From contig CAMODW010000001.1 in NCBI GenBank assembly GCA_946611635.1, positions 10,829 through 74,828 of the forward strand: a stretch of DNA of 64,000 nucleotides, given 5' to 3'. The DNA is from an uncultured Bacillota bacterium (GTDB lineage: Bacteria > Bacillota_I > Bacilli_A > RF39 > UBA660). The notes under the pieces are model-generated. The model did not search any database and had not been told where the DNA came from. It saw only the letters and a list, made by a program, of their open reading frames with translations. Position 1 is the first letter of the stretch. Each line of letters begins with the position of its first letter. Of this stretch, positions 36,663 through 46,116 are shown piece by piece. The translations under genes and the position numbers were made by a program.

Positions 36663-37997
36663 ATGAATAATGAAATAAAGTATTATACAATTACTGCTTT
36701 AAATAGGGCTATAAAAAATATGTTTGATGAGAAAGAACAATTACATCATATCTATTTAAAAGGTGAAATTAGTAATTTTAAACATCATACTAGGGGTCAT
36801 TTGTATTTTACATTAAAAGATGAGAATAGTCGCATTTCAGCTGTAATGTTTAGTACAGCAGCTAAGAATTTAAAATTTGAACCTGAAGATGGCATGAAAG
36901 TATTAGTTTGTGGTAGAGTTACTGTTTATGAAGCTAATGGTGGATATCAAATATATGTAGAAGAAATGAGCTTAGATGGTATTGGTAATTTGTATTTGGA
37001 ATTTGAAAGATTAAAAGCTCAATTAGAAAAAGAAGGTTTATTTAAACAGGAATTTAAAAAAACTATTCCTAAATTTCCTAAAAAGATTGGTATTATAACA
37101 GCCCCGACTGGAGCTGCAATTAGGGATATTTTAAGTACTATAAAAAGAAGATATCCTATATGCGAAACGATATTATTTCCTGCTCTTGTACAAGGTGTTG
37201 GAGCTAAGGAAAGTATTGTAGCGCAATTGAATAGAGCACAGGACTTTGATTTAGATGTTATTATTTGTGGACGTGGCGGGGGCTCTATAGAAGATTTATG
37301 GGCATTTAATGAAGAAATAGTTGCTAGAGCTATATTTGCTTCTAATATACCTATTATTTCAGCTGTTGGGCACGAAATAGATTTTACTATTGCCGATTTT
37401 GTTGCTGATTTAAGAGCACCAACGCCAACAGGGGCGGCAGAAATGGCAGTGCCTAATTTAGTGGATTTAAATAGTCTAATTGATCAATATAGAATTAGAT
37501 CAGATGAAGCAATAAATAATATTTTAATAATAAATAATAGGAAATTAAATGAACTAAAAAATTCTTTTATATTGAGAAATCCGATGAGTTTATATGAAAT
37601 TAAAGAACAAAAATTAGATGTTTTATTTGATTCTTTAAATAAAATAATAAATACTAAGTTGACTGAATATAAAGTTAGACTTAATAATATTAAATCTAGT
37701 TATATATTAAAGAATCCTTTAGGTATTTATGATGTGAAAAAAGAAACTATAGCTAAATACAGTGATAGTTTAAAGAAAACTATTATAAGTGTTATAAATA
37801 CAAATAGCTATAATTATAAGTTACTTATTAATAAATTAGAATTGCTTAATCCTTTAAATATACTTAGTAAAGGATATAGTTTAACAACGGTTGATAATGA
37901 AGTTGTTAATGATAGTAAACAGGTTAAAATTGGCGATAGTATTAATGTAAGACTATCAAAAGGAAATATAAAAGCAGAAGTTAAGGAGATTGATTAA
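36663..37997 (+). CDS. xseA: Exodeoxyribonuclease VII large subunit
   Basis: OB-fold N-terminus (GEISNFKHHTRGHLYFTLKD), IGIITAPTGAAIRDIL, RGGGS.EDLW.FN and ISAVGHE.D. Confidence 0.9.
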   Translation: MNNEIKYYTITALNRAIKNMFDEKEQLHHIYLKGEISNFKHHTRGHLYFTLKDENSRISAVMFSTAAKNLKFEPEDGMKVLVCGRVTVYEANGGYQIYVEEMSLDGIGNLYLEFERLKAQLEKEGLFKQEFKKTIPKFPKKIGIITAPTGAAIRDILSTIKRRYPICETILFPALVQGVGAKESIVAQLNRAQDFDLDVIICGRGGGSIEDLWAFNEEIVARAIFASNIPIISAVGHEIDFTIADFVADLRAPTPTGAAEMAVPNLVDLNSLIDQYRIRSDEAINNILIINNRKLNELKNSFILRNPMSLYEIKEQKLDVLFDSLNKIINTKLTEYKVRLNNIKSSYILKNPLGIYDVKKETIAKYSDSLKKTIISVINTNSYNYKLLINKLELLNPLNILSKGYSLTTVDNEVVNDSKQVKIGDSINVRLSKGNIKAEVKEID

Positions 37998-37998
37998 G

Positions 37999-38229
37999 AT
38001 GGCTGTGAAAAAAGAAGAAAAAACATTTGAAGATGCATTATTGGAATTAGAGGGGATAGTTAAAGAGTTGGAAGCTGGGAGTGTAGATTTAGATAAAGCA
38101 ATAGAAAGATATAGCGAAGCTATGAAATTGGTTAAGTATTGCTCTGAAAAATTACATAATGCTACAGAAAAAGTAAATAAGATATTAAAAGAAAATGGCG
38201 AATTAGAAGCTTTTGAAATAGAAGAATAA
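37999..38229 (+). CDS. xseB: Exodeoxyribonuclease VII small subunit
   Basis: FEDALLELEGIVKELEAGSVDLDKAIERYSEAMKLVKYC. ATG 37999 lies 10 nt after AAGGAG. Confidence 0.88.
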   Translation: MAVKKEEKTFEDALLELEGIVKELEAGSVDLDKAIERYSEAMKLVKYCSEKLHNATEKVNKILKENGELEAFEIEE

Positions 38230-38254
38230 GAAGTTATTTTGCTTCTTTTTTTTT
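38228..38254 (+). terminator. Rho-independent terminator after xseB
   Basis: aagaag / cttctt, 8-nt loop, T7 run. Confidence 0.65.
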
Positions 38255-38287
38255 GTATTTTGTGATATATTTTATATAGTGATTTTT

Positions 38288-39670
38288 ATGGATGAGAGTA
38301 AGAAAAATAGAATACTACTAGTAGCAACTGTAGTATTGATGTTATTGATTATATTTATAGTAGGTATATTGTTACATTTAAATAGTGATGATAAGAAGAT
38401 AGAAACGCTTAAAATAAGGCAATTATTTGTTTCTGATTATGATTTGTTACCTTTTGATAAGTATTTTATAGGTGTTAATGGTAATAAGATAATAAGTATA
38501 ATAGATAATGATGGAAATGAACTCTATTTAAATGATAATGGAATTACTTATGAGGGATTATTTATGAAAGATGAAGATACTCCTATTTTTTATAATGTAA
38601 GTAATGATAAACTTAATGTTTATACTATAGGAAAAAAAGGACCTGATAAATTATTTACTATAAATGATGTTAGCGAAGTTATTCCCCTTGTTTATAGTAA
38701 CCAAGATGATTATTTAATTGGGTTTGTTCAATATAAGGATAATGATTCATATATATATAATTTTGAAAATAAAGGGTTGGTTGTATTAGATGGAGTTGAT
38801 TTGGTAGGTGATAGAATAGTTAATAATTCTATTTATACTTATTCAAAAGATAATATTATAGTAAAAAAAGATGATTTATATGGTTCATTTGATATTGATG
38901 GTAATAATAAGTTAGAAGTAAAATATGATGATCTTATTAATGGTGGAGATAAAATTATATTTTCTTTAAAACATAAATATGGAATTATGGATAAAGATAA
39001 TAAAGTTTTAATAAAGAATAAATATAATATTATTAAATATGTTGCTGGTGGTTATTTGATAGGAAATGATAAATTATCTTTTTATGATGATAATCTTAAA
39101 ATAATAGTTTCAAAGAAAATAGCACATAATATTATAGATTATTCTTTAAGAGAAGATGCTAGTTTATATGGTTATAAGATGGATTCTAAGTATTTAATTA
39201 TAAATAATTATTTGGAAGATTCTTTAGATAAAGATTATAAAAATCATAATATGTATATTATTAAAGACAAGAAAATATCTAATTTAAAAGAAATAGGTTT
39301 TGGTATAGAAAATGTTATTTATAGTTATGATGAAAACTCTATAAGTATTTATTCGCCTGATTTGGTTAATGATTTAAAGATTAATGCTAGTATTAAGAAA
39401 ATTAAAGATATAGTTAAGGTTCAAAATGATATGTATTATGTAATAACTAAAGGTAAAGATTATATTTTTGATAAAGAAGGAAAAAAAGTGAAGAATATTT
39501 GGGGAGATTTACTTTATCATGACAAAGATTTTTTGGTTTATTATAATGATAATAAATTAAATCTTATTAGTTACGATGATGAAGTGTTGGAAACATTTGA
39601 TGGAAGTGATATAATTATTAAGGATAAAAGAATGATAGTTAATAATAATATATATGCTATTGAAAGTTAG
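38288..39670 (+). CDS. Membrane-anchored protein with WG-repeat-like modules
   Basis: N-terminal TM helix (ILLVATVVLMLLIIFIVGILL). Recurrent modules such as KHKYGIMDKDNKVLIKNKYNIIKYV and LYGSFDIDGNNKLEVKYDDL resemble the 'WG containing repeat' with W replaced by Y. Confidence 0.5.
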   Translation: MDESKKNRILLVATVVLMLLIIFIVGILLHLNSDDKKIETLKIRQLFVSDYDLLPFDKYFIGVNGNKIISIIDNDGNELYLNDNGITYEGLFMKDEDTPIFYNVSNDKLNVYTIGKKGPDKLFTINDVSEVIPLVYSNQDDYLIGFVQYKDNDSYIYNFENKGLVVLDGVDLVGDRIVNNSIYTYSKDNIIVKKDDLYGSFDIDGNNKLEVKYDDLINGGDKIIFSLKHKYGIMDKDNKVLIKNKYNIIKYVAGGYLIGNDKLSFYDDNLKIIVSKKIAHNIIDYSLREDASLYGYKMDSKYLIINNYLEDSLDKDYKNHNMYIIKDKKISNLKEIGFGIENVIYSYDENSISIYSPDLVNDLKINASIKKIKDIVKVQNDMYYVITKGKDYIFDKEGKKVKNIWGDLLYHDKDFLVYYNDNKLNLISYDDEVLETFDGSDIIIKDKRMIVNNNIYAIES

Positions 39671-39680
39671 TTGGTGTGAT

Positions 39681-40655
39681 ATGAGAAAGACTTTTAAGCG
39701 TTACTCTATATTTATAATTGCTTTGGCTTTTTTGCTTGGTACTTTTTATATTTGGAATGTATCAAATTCTGTTAAAACTAGTTATACTTGGAGAAGTTTT
39801 AATAGTATTAAAATTGTTAAGGATGAACATGTTGTGCCATATGAAAAAGTCTTTGTTTTAGTAAATGGAGATACAAATGATATAGATAAGGTTGATTTAG
39901 TATTAACTAATAATAGAGTTTCTTTTAAAGTAAATATAAAGGATTTAAAGGAAGAAAAACCATATTTTGAATTGCCGTATTATAATAATAATATTATTGT
40001 TGGTTCAAAGTATTTTATCAAAGAAGTTTTAATTAATTATGTAGATGGTGAAAAAACTAGAATTACTACAGATGTTAATGCTTCTAATCATTTGTTAATC
40101 GATGAAAGGGAAGAGTATTTTATTGTTGAAGATGATAATAATGTAGATGCTAATGCTTGGCGTGATTTTAATAGTATTACAATAAAAGATAGTATAAATC
40201 CTAATGGAAATATATATTTAAATATTAATGGTGATACTAAAGAGATGGTTGATATTGAACTAGAATGGGTAAAAAAAGATGAAACTAGTAGTTTTTTAGT
40301 TAATGTTGAAAGTTTAGATAATAGGCCTTTTTTCAATATTAGTGATATTCCAGTTAAGCTTGGTGAAGAGTACTATTTAAAAGAAATGAAGATTTTTTAT
40401 AATAATGGTGGACATTATATTTATAATGCAGATAATTATGCTAATATACTAAATAATAGAATTTTTATAAATAGTCTTGCTGTTAATGATTCTAAAAATA
40501 TTGAGGCGGAATCTATTATTGATGAAAACTATGATAAAAATGCTATAAACAATAATAAAAGGTCAGAGTCACTAGCTGGTGGAATGATTATTTTGTTCTT
40601 AATATTCGTTGTGGCTTTTGGAGTGTTTATTTATTTAAAAGATGAAGATAGGTAG
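39681..40655 (+). CDS. Bitopic or double-anchored protein with a tandemly duplicated ~120-aa domain
   Basis: N-terminal TM helix (YSIFIIALAFLLGTFYIW), two homologous domains and a C-terminal TM helix (LAGGMIILFLIFVVAFGVFIYL) with a charged tail. Confidence 0.55.
   Translation: MRKTFKRYSIFIIALAFLLGTFYIWNVSNSVKTSYTWRSFNSIKIVKDEHVVPYEKVFVLVNGDTNDIDKVDLVLTNNRVSFKVNIKDLKEEKPYFELPYYNNNIIVGSKYFIKEVLINYVDGEKTRITTDVNASNHLLIDEREEYFIVEDDNNVDANAWRDFNSITIKDSINPNGNIYLNINGDTKEMVDIELEWVKKDETSSFLVNVESLDNRPFFNISDIPVKLGEEYYLKEMKIFYNNGGHYIYNADNYANILNNRIFINSLAVNDSKNIEAESIIDENYDKNAINNNKRSESLAGGMIILFLIFVVAFGVFIYLKDEDR
39789..40470 (+). repeat. Intragenic tandem duplication, two units with a ~369-nt period
   Basis: Unit 1: WRSFNSIKIV...VLVNGDTNDIDKVDLVL...FKVNIKDLKEEKPYFELP...GSKYFIKEVLINYVDG. 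Unit 2: WRDFNSITIK...LNINGDTKEMVDIELEW...FLVNVESLDNRPFFNIS...GEEYYLKEMKIFYNNG. Confidence 0.6.
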
Positions 40656-40662
40656 TGAGAAA

Positions 40663-42219
40663 ATGAAAACAAATAAGTTTAAAAAGTATAGATTTCAATT
40701 TATTATACTTGTTTTAGGTTTAATAATATCTATTTCTACTATTTCTTTGACTTATTCTTCAAAAAAAGTGTCTTTTGAAGTGTCTTCGTTAAATGAGGAA
40801 GAGGCAATTTATAAATTGCTTGATAATGTTGCTGATAGTACACCGAGTGTTGTTACTTATGAATACGAATTACCTGTTTTAGAAATAAAACCTAAAGAAA
40901 TAATTGTTGCTTCTAAAAATGAGAAAGAAGATCCGCAAAAAGTAGCAGCTAATAAAGGTGTTGGTAAAGAAGTTAGTGCCCAAGAAGCGATATCTAGATA
41001 TGAAACAAATGAAACTAGTATGGGTATTGATGTTTCTACTTGGAACGGAAATATTGATTGGAAAAAGGTTAGAGAAGCGGGAATTAAATTTGCGATGATT
41101 AGAATCGGTTTTAGAGGGTATCAATCAGGACAAATAATGATGGATAATACTTTTTATCAAAATATTAAAGGTGCTTTAGCAAATAATATTAATGTTGGTG
41201 TATACTTTTTTACTGCTGCTACTAATGAGAGAGAAGCACAAGAAGAAGCTGCATGGGTATTAGAAGTTATTAAAAATTATGATATTAGTTATCCTATAGC
41301 TTATGATATAGAAATATTCGGTAATAGAGAAGATACGAGAATGAGAGGTTTATCTGATCATCAAATTACAAATAATACATTAGCTTTTTGTAATTATATT
41401 CGTAATAAGGGATATACTCCTATGATTTATTCTTATTTAAATGCTTTTAATAATAAATTAGAAGTAGGTAGGTTTGGTAGTAATAGGGTTTGGCTTGCTC
41501 ATTATACTGATAAAACTAACTATAAAGGTAATTATCATATGTGGCAATATACTTCTTCTGGAAGTGTCCCAGGCATAACTGGTCGGGTTGACATGAATGT
41601 TTCTTATTTTTCAGTTACAAATGATATCTCTAAGAGGCAAGTTGTTAATGGAGTAAATAGTAATGCTAATGATTTTTCACTTACTTTTAAAGATGTAAGA
41701 GTAGTAGCTTCTATGAAAGAAGAGACTTATTTAAGGACTACGCCTAGCTTGTCGGTACCTAATAAAGCTGGTTCTATATCTGCTGGAAGCAGTGTTATAA
41801 TTACAGGGATATCGGATTCTTTTATTAGAATTTCTTATGATGATAATATTTATTATATAGACAGTATAAAAAAGATTAATTTACCTCCTACTACATGGAA
41901 GAAGGATTATATTAATGAAGCAATTGTTTTGACAAAAGATGAACAATTGTTACAAGAACCTTATTATTATTTATTTAACAACGTAGCTAATACTATTAAA
42001 TCGGGTACTAAATTAACTTTAATTGCTTATAATGATGAATATATTAAAGTAAGCTATGAAGGAAAAGAATATTATATTTATGATAATAACGGTTGTTATG
42101 AAAAGTATTCAGCTCCTGTAGTACAAAGCGATGAAAATCAAGAGAATGATGAAGATAATACTATAGTTAGTGATGATCAGAATAATAATCTCGATACTCA
42201 AGATACTAATCAAGAATAA
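40663..42219 (+). CDS. Membrane-anchored GH25 muramidase (lysozyme) with C-terminal SH3b-like domains and an acidic tail
   Basis: N-terminal TM helix. GH25 core GIDVSTWNGNIDWKKVREAGIKFAMIRIGFRG ... AYDIE ... MWQYTSSGSVPGI.GRVDMN. Two ~70-aa repeats (LRTTPS...IRISYDDNIYYI and LLQEPY...IKVSYEGKEYYIY). Confidence 0.8.
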   Translation: MKTNKFKKYRFQFIILVLGLIISISTISLTYSSKKVSFEVSSLNEEEAIYKLLDNVADSTPSVVTYEYELPVLEIKPKEIIVASKNEKEDPQKVAANKGVGKEVSAQEAISRYETNETSMGIDVSTWNGNIDWKKVREAGIKFAMIRIGFRGYQSGQIMMDNTFYQNIKGALANNINVGVYFFTAATNEREAQEEAAWVLEVIKNYDISYPIAYDIEIFGNREDTRMRGLSDHQITNNTLAFCNYIRNKGYTPMIYSYLNAFNNKLEVGRFGSNRVWLAHYTDKTNYKGNYHMWQYTSSGSVPGITGRVDMNVSYFSVTNDISKRQVVNGVNSNANDFSLTFKDVRVVASMKEETYLRTTPSLSVPNKAGSISAGSSVIITGISDSFIRISYDDNIYYIDSIKKINLPPTTWKKDYINEAIVLTKDEQLLQEPYYYLFNNVANTIKSGTKLTLIAYNDEYIKVSYEGKEYYIYDNNGCYEKYSAPVVQSDENQENDEDNTIVSDDQNNNLDTQDTNQE

Positions 42220-42227
42220 TGTGGTAA

Positions 42228-42254
42228 AAATGCTCTTTATTAAGAGTGTTTTTT
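42228..42254 (+). terminator. Rho-independent terminator after the GH25 gene
   Basis: 10-bp stem aaatgctctt / aagagtgttt (two G.U pairs), loop tatt, then tttg. Confidence 0.6.
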
Positions 42255-42297
42255 GTTTGTTAAATTTTATGTTTTGAGATTTTATTTTCTTTTTCTA

Positions 42298-42308
42298 TGT
42301 GTTATAAT
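42298..42308 (+). promoter_or_regulatory. Extended -10 element TGTGTTATAAT
   Basis: Lies 25 nt upstream of ATG 42333. It is translated as the spurious 'MCYN' start of track ORF 42297. Confidence 0.5.
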
Positions 42309-42332
42309 CTATATATAATAGAGGATGATGTT

Positions 42333-43364
42333 ATGAAAAGGTCGAGTTTAGTACTTAAATTATTCTTTTTTATACTTGTTGTTGGCCTTATAACTGGATT
42401 TGGTTATTATTATTTATTTTTAGGAAATAGTAATGAGGGTGAAAGTGGAATTATTCCTTCTTTAAGTGGAAAAAAAGTTTATGATGTTAAAAATGGAGTA
42501 TATATAATAAAAAATAAGCTTGAAAGAGAGAAAACTTTATTAGGTAGATGCGTTGTGAATTCAATTAATGATTATTTAGTTGTTTTAAATGATGATTATA
42601 TGTTATATAAAGGCAATTGTTTGAACACGGTTCTTATTTCTGAAGGGAAATCAGAAAATCTTAAATTTGATAAGAAAAATGATAGTAAATATACTGTTAC
42701 TTTAGATGAAAAGACTTATCAAAAAGATGATTCTATAAATGAAATACCTGTTGTTAATAATGTAATTATTAAATCTCCGAAAGTTAATTATGATTCTTTG
42801 AAATTTATAATAGATAATTCTGAATACGAGGGGCATTATTATTCTTTTTCTGGAGAAATATCTTCGCAAAAAGAATATTATTATGATTATACTTATAATC
42901 AGGAATTAAATCAGTTTTCAATATCACTTAATAATGGTATTAGTGGTTATAGTAAGATTTTAAAGTCTTTTAATGATATTCCTAAGTTTTATTCCTTTAA
43001 TGATTATCTACTTGTTTTAGATGAAGATATAATTGGTAACAGTTTTAGTCATAAGTTATATTTGTATTCTGAAAAAGGAATGATTTATGATTTTAATTCA
43101 ATATTTCCTATTAATATTAATGGTAATGTTATTGATACTAATTGGAATAGGATGTTTAGGTTTGATGTGACATCTAAAACCGCTTATGTTGTATTTGATC
43201 GTGATAATAATTTCTGTAATTTTGAAAATGGTAATGAATATTATGAATTTAAACTTACTTATGATTATCAAAAAAATGGTTTTAATGTTCCTGATTTATT
43301 AAAAAAAGGTACAAAGGAATCAGATTGTGATTATATAAAAAAGAAATATTCGATGGAGGGGTAG
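42333..43364 (+). CDS. Membrane-anchored hypothetical protein with four conserved Cys (paralogue of 24602-25432)
   Basis: N-terminal TM helix (LKLFFFILVVGLITGFGYYYLFL). LGRCVVNS...YKGNCLNTV...TYQKDDSI...NFCNFE...SDCDYI aligns with IGTCTIDS...FSNNCLGVV...TYNKDASI...VPCYND...DYCSNY. Confidence 0.5.
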   Translation: MKRSSLVLKLFFFILVVGLITGFGYYYLFLGNSNEGESGIIPSLSGKKVYDVKNGVYIIKNKLEREKTLLGRCVVNSINDYLVVLNDDYMLYKGNCLNTVLISEGKSENLKFDKKNDSKYTVTLDEKTYQKDDSINEIPVVNNVIIKSPKVNYDSLKFIIDNSEYEGHYYSFSGEISSQKEYYYDYTYNQELNQFSISLNNGISGYSKILKSFNDIPKFYSFNDYLLVLDEDIIGNSFSHKLYLYSEKGMIYDFNSIFPININGNVIDTNWNRMFRFDVTSKTAYVVFDRDNNFCNFENGNEYYEFKLTYDYQKNGFNVPDLLKKGTKESDCDYIKKKYSMEG

Positions 43365-43365
43365 T

Positions 43366-43677
43366 ATGGAAGCTTTTATGAAATTAATGGGGATGTGTAT
43401 TACTTTTATTCCTTCTGTTTATTTTGCTTCTTATATGATAAAAAAAGCTACTAGTGAGCAAAGATTTGATTTTCATTTAAAGAAAGTTAAAGATAAAGCT
43501 GGATTATATGGGATTTTAATAGCTATTTTCAATAGGGTTATATTGTTTTTTTTGGTAACGGTATTAGGAATGTATATTACATCTTGTTTTTCAAATTCTA
43601 TATATTTTGATGTTCTAATTGTTTTATTCATTATGTATATAATTAGTTATTTTTTTGATAATAAAAATGATATTTAA
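43366..43677 (+). CDS. Small 3-TM membrane protein
   Basis: GGAGGGG SD. The start lies 1 nt after the upstream stop. Three hydrophobic segments. Confidence 0.5.
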   Translation: MEAFMKLMGMCITFIPSVYFASYMIKKATSEQRFDFHLKKVKDKAGLYGILIAIFNRVILFFLVTVLGMYITSCFSNSIYFDVLIVLFIMYIISYFFDNKNDI

Positions 43678-43686
43678 TATCTTTTA

Positions 43687-43695
43687 TGATATAAT
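43687..43695 (+). promoter_or_regulatory. Extended -10 element (TGaTATAAT)
   Basis: Lies 28 nt upstream of ATG 43723. Confidence 0.4.
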
Positions 43696-43722
43696 TAATA
43701 AAGTAGGAAAGTAGTGGTAAAT

Positions 43723-44574
43723 ATGAATTGTCCTAAATGTGGTAATTATGTTGAAGAAGGCAAAGAATTTTGTTTCATGTGTGGGACAAAGTTGGGCGAA
43801 AATGATTTTTCTTCACCTGGAAGAAATGGTTTTACATCTGCTGTTAAAAACGATTTTTCTTCTTCTAATTATAATAATATGCCTTTAAGTGAAGATTATT
43901 ATAAAAAGAAAGAAGAGTATAATAATAGATTAAATAATTATCGTGATGTTGAAATAAAAAGAGTGAAAGATGATAAAAAAGACTTTATTGATATTTATAA
44001 AGAATATAATATCTTCTTTAAGGTCGGAGGTATTTTATTCTTAATTGTATTAGGTTCTTTCATTTTTGTGATGGTATCTAAGAGTATTAATAAGGAAGAA
44101 GTATTGAAGCCTGTAACACAAAATTTGTATTATAAGGTGGATTCAACACTTACAAAAACAAGTGATAATAATGGCGGAGATGTTTATGCTTTAACCAATA
44201 ATAAAGGAGTTTCTTGTTCTGTTAAGGTGACTATTGATAATACTAGTTCTAGTGATCATATTAAAGATTATTTTTCTATAAAAGAAAGTCAACTTCTTCC
44301 AACTTATAATGATTATGGAGATGTTGTTGATGTTTCAACTATTCCTTTATTTCAAGAGGGATCAATAAAGATTAATAATGTTATATGGTATTATATGAAT
44401 GTATATTATAGAAAGAATCCTTCTGATAATTATACGGCTTTAAGACATAGATTTTTGTCTGCTGGTCATAATGGTGTTTTTTATAATTTAGAGTTATCTA
44501 ATTTTGATGATTTAAACGAGTGTAATCTTACATTGGATAGCTTTTTAAGAAGTTTACAATTTATAGATTTGTAG
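43723..44574 (+). CDS. Bitopic protein: N-terminal cytoplasmic zinc ribbon, one TM helix, extracytoplasmic domain
   Basis: MNCPKCGNYVEEGKEFCFMCGTKL (CxxC...CxxC), TM helix VGGILFLIVLGSFIFVMV and a ~150-aa ectodomain homologous to that of the next gene. Confidence 0.6.
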   Translation: MNCPKCGNYVEEGKEFCFMCGTKLGENDFSSPGRNGFTSAVKNDFSSSNYNNMPLSEDYYKKKEEYNNRLNNYRDVEIKRVKDDKKDFIDIYKEYNIFFKVGGILFLIVLGSFIFVMVSKSINKEEVLKPVTQNLYYKVDSTLTKTSDNNGGDVYALTNNKGVSCSVKVTIDNTSSSDHIKDYFSIKESQLLPTYNDYGDVVDVSTIPLFQEGSIKINNVIWYYMNVYYRKNPSDNYTALRHRFLSAGHNGVFYNLELSNFDDLNECNLTLDSFLRSLQFIDL

Positions 44575-44584
44575 GAGGTATACT

Positions 44585-46093
44585 ATGAAGAAATGTCCTA
44601 AGTGTGGAACTATTTTGGATGACTCTAAAAAGAAGTGTTATATGTGTGGAGCAGATTTAACAGCATCTGCTTCAGTTGGTGATTTTTCTTCAAATTTTGA
44701 TAAAAGTATTGGTTCTTCTATAACTAAGGGCGTAGATAATGTTTTTAATAATGGTAAAGATATAGACGTTGATAGTGAGGATATTTTAGGAGGGGCTTCT
44801 AACAATAATAATGGTTCTTTCTTTTCTCATAATAGTAGTTCTAGGGACTTTTTTGGTGGAGAGATTAATAAATTGAACTCTATGTCTTTTGATAATAGAA
44901 GTAAATCTAAAAAGAAAATAAATAGTTTCTTTGGTAAAAATGATTTAAAGAGTAAAGATGAGATTAATAAGAAGAAACAAAAGAAAAAAGGCGACGATTC
45001 TAATCAAGGAAAAGTTAAGAAAATAAGTTATAGTACTAACCCTAATATACCTAAAGAAATGCAAGAAGCTGCTAGAGAAGAAGAAAAAGAGGTAAAACCA
45101 TCTAATAATATGTTTTTTCCTACTGAAAATAGTTTTGATGCTAAAACTATTAAATCTAATTTGGTAAAGAAAGAAGACAATAATGTCCCTGATGCTTTTA
45201 AAAGTTTTAATAGCTTTGTAGATGAGGGGAAAGGGAATAAAAAGAATTCGAGTTTTATTCCAAATAATCAACAAGATAATAGTACTAGTATTGATAGGTT
45301 TGGCTTAAAAAAGAATGATGGTGGCAATAAACTTTCTAAGAATAAAGTGAATAGTGCATTTGCTATGTTTAATGGCAATAAAAAATCTTTCTACAACAAT
45401 GATAATGATGTAGAAATTGAAATTGAAAATAAGAATACAAGTAGTATTGATAATCAAAGAGGTTTTAAATTAAAAACTTCTAAGAATCCTTTTGAAGGAT
45501 TAAAACAGAAACTTAATATAGATAGATTAAATAGTATTCAAGTTAAAGAATATGGCCGTATAGCTTTTAATTTTTCTTGTGTTATTATTTTTATGATAAT
45601 TTTATGCTTTGTTTATTTTAAATTTTTAAGAATGGATTCTGCAGAGAAATTAGATGGTTTACAATTTAAGGTTCCTCAATATTTTAAGTTAAGTAATACG
45701 GGGTCTCATTATAAGTTTTATTCTTCTAAGGAACATGGTAATAGTTGTTCTTTTGAAATTTTATCCGGTGTACCTAGTGATCCGAATGGTTATGTTGATG
45801 ACTATTTTCAATACGTTAAGAAGACTTATGAAACTGATAGTAAAGCTGTTCCTACTTTACAAGAGATGAAAATAAATGGTAATACTTGGAAGTCTGAAAG
45901 AATAGTTTATTTACCTGATGATGGTTCTAAAGTATCTTCTGGAGATATAATAGCCAGATATGCCTATACTGTTATAGTTTATAATGGATCTTTTTATACT
46001 ATTAAGTCTTCTAATACTGAAGAAAATAAAGAATGCGATGATAAGTTGTTTGCTTTTATGAATAGTGTTGCTTTTATTGAGGAGAATAAATAA
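44585..46093 (+). CDS. Bitopic zinc-ribbon protein with a long K/N/S-rich linker (paralogue of 43723-44574)
   Basis: MKKCPKCGTILDDSKKKCYMCGADL, a ~300-aa low-complexity region, TM helix FNFSCVIIFMIILCFVYF and an ectodomain sharing SCS, DYF, KING/N..W and EC. motifs with the upstream gene. Confidence 0.6.
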   Translation: MKKCPKCGTILDDSKKKCYMCGADLTASASVGDFSSNFDKSIGSSITKGVDNVFNNGKDIDVDSEDILGGASNNNNGSFFSHNSSSRDFFGGEINKLNSMSFDNRSKSKKKINSFFGKNDLKSKDEINKKKQKKKGDDSNQGKVKKISYSTNPNIPKEMQEAAREEEKEVKPSNNMFFPTENSFDAKTIKSNLVKKEDNNVPDAFKSFNSFVDEGKGNKKNSSFIPNNQQDNSTSIDRFGLKKNDGGNKLSKNKVNSAFAMFNGNKKSFYNNDNDVEIEIENKNTSSIDNQRGFKLKTSKNPFEGLKQKLNIDRLNSIQVKEYGRIAFNFSCVIIFMIILCFVYFKFLRMDSAEKLDGLQFKVPQYFKLSNTGSHYKFYSSKEHGNSCSFEILSGVPSDPNGYVDDYFQYVKKTYETDSKAVPTLQEMKINGNTWKSERIVYLPDDGSKVSSGDIIARYAYTVIVYNGSFYTIKSSNTEENKECDDKLFAFMNSVAFIEENK

Positions 46094-46116
46094 TAAAAGA
46101 GTAAGAAGGTGTTAAA

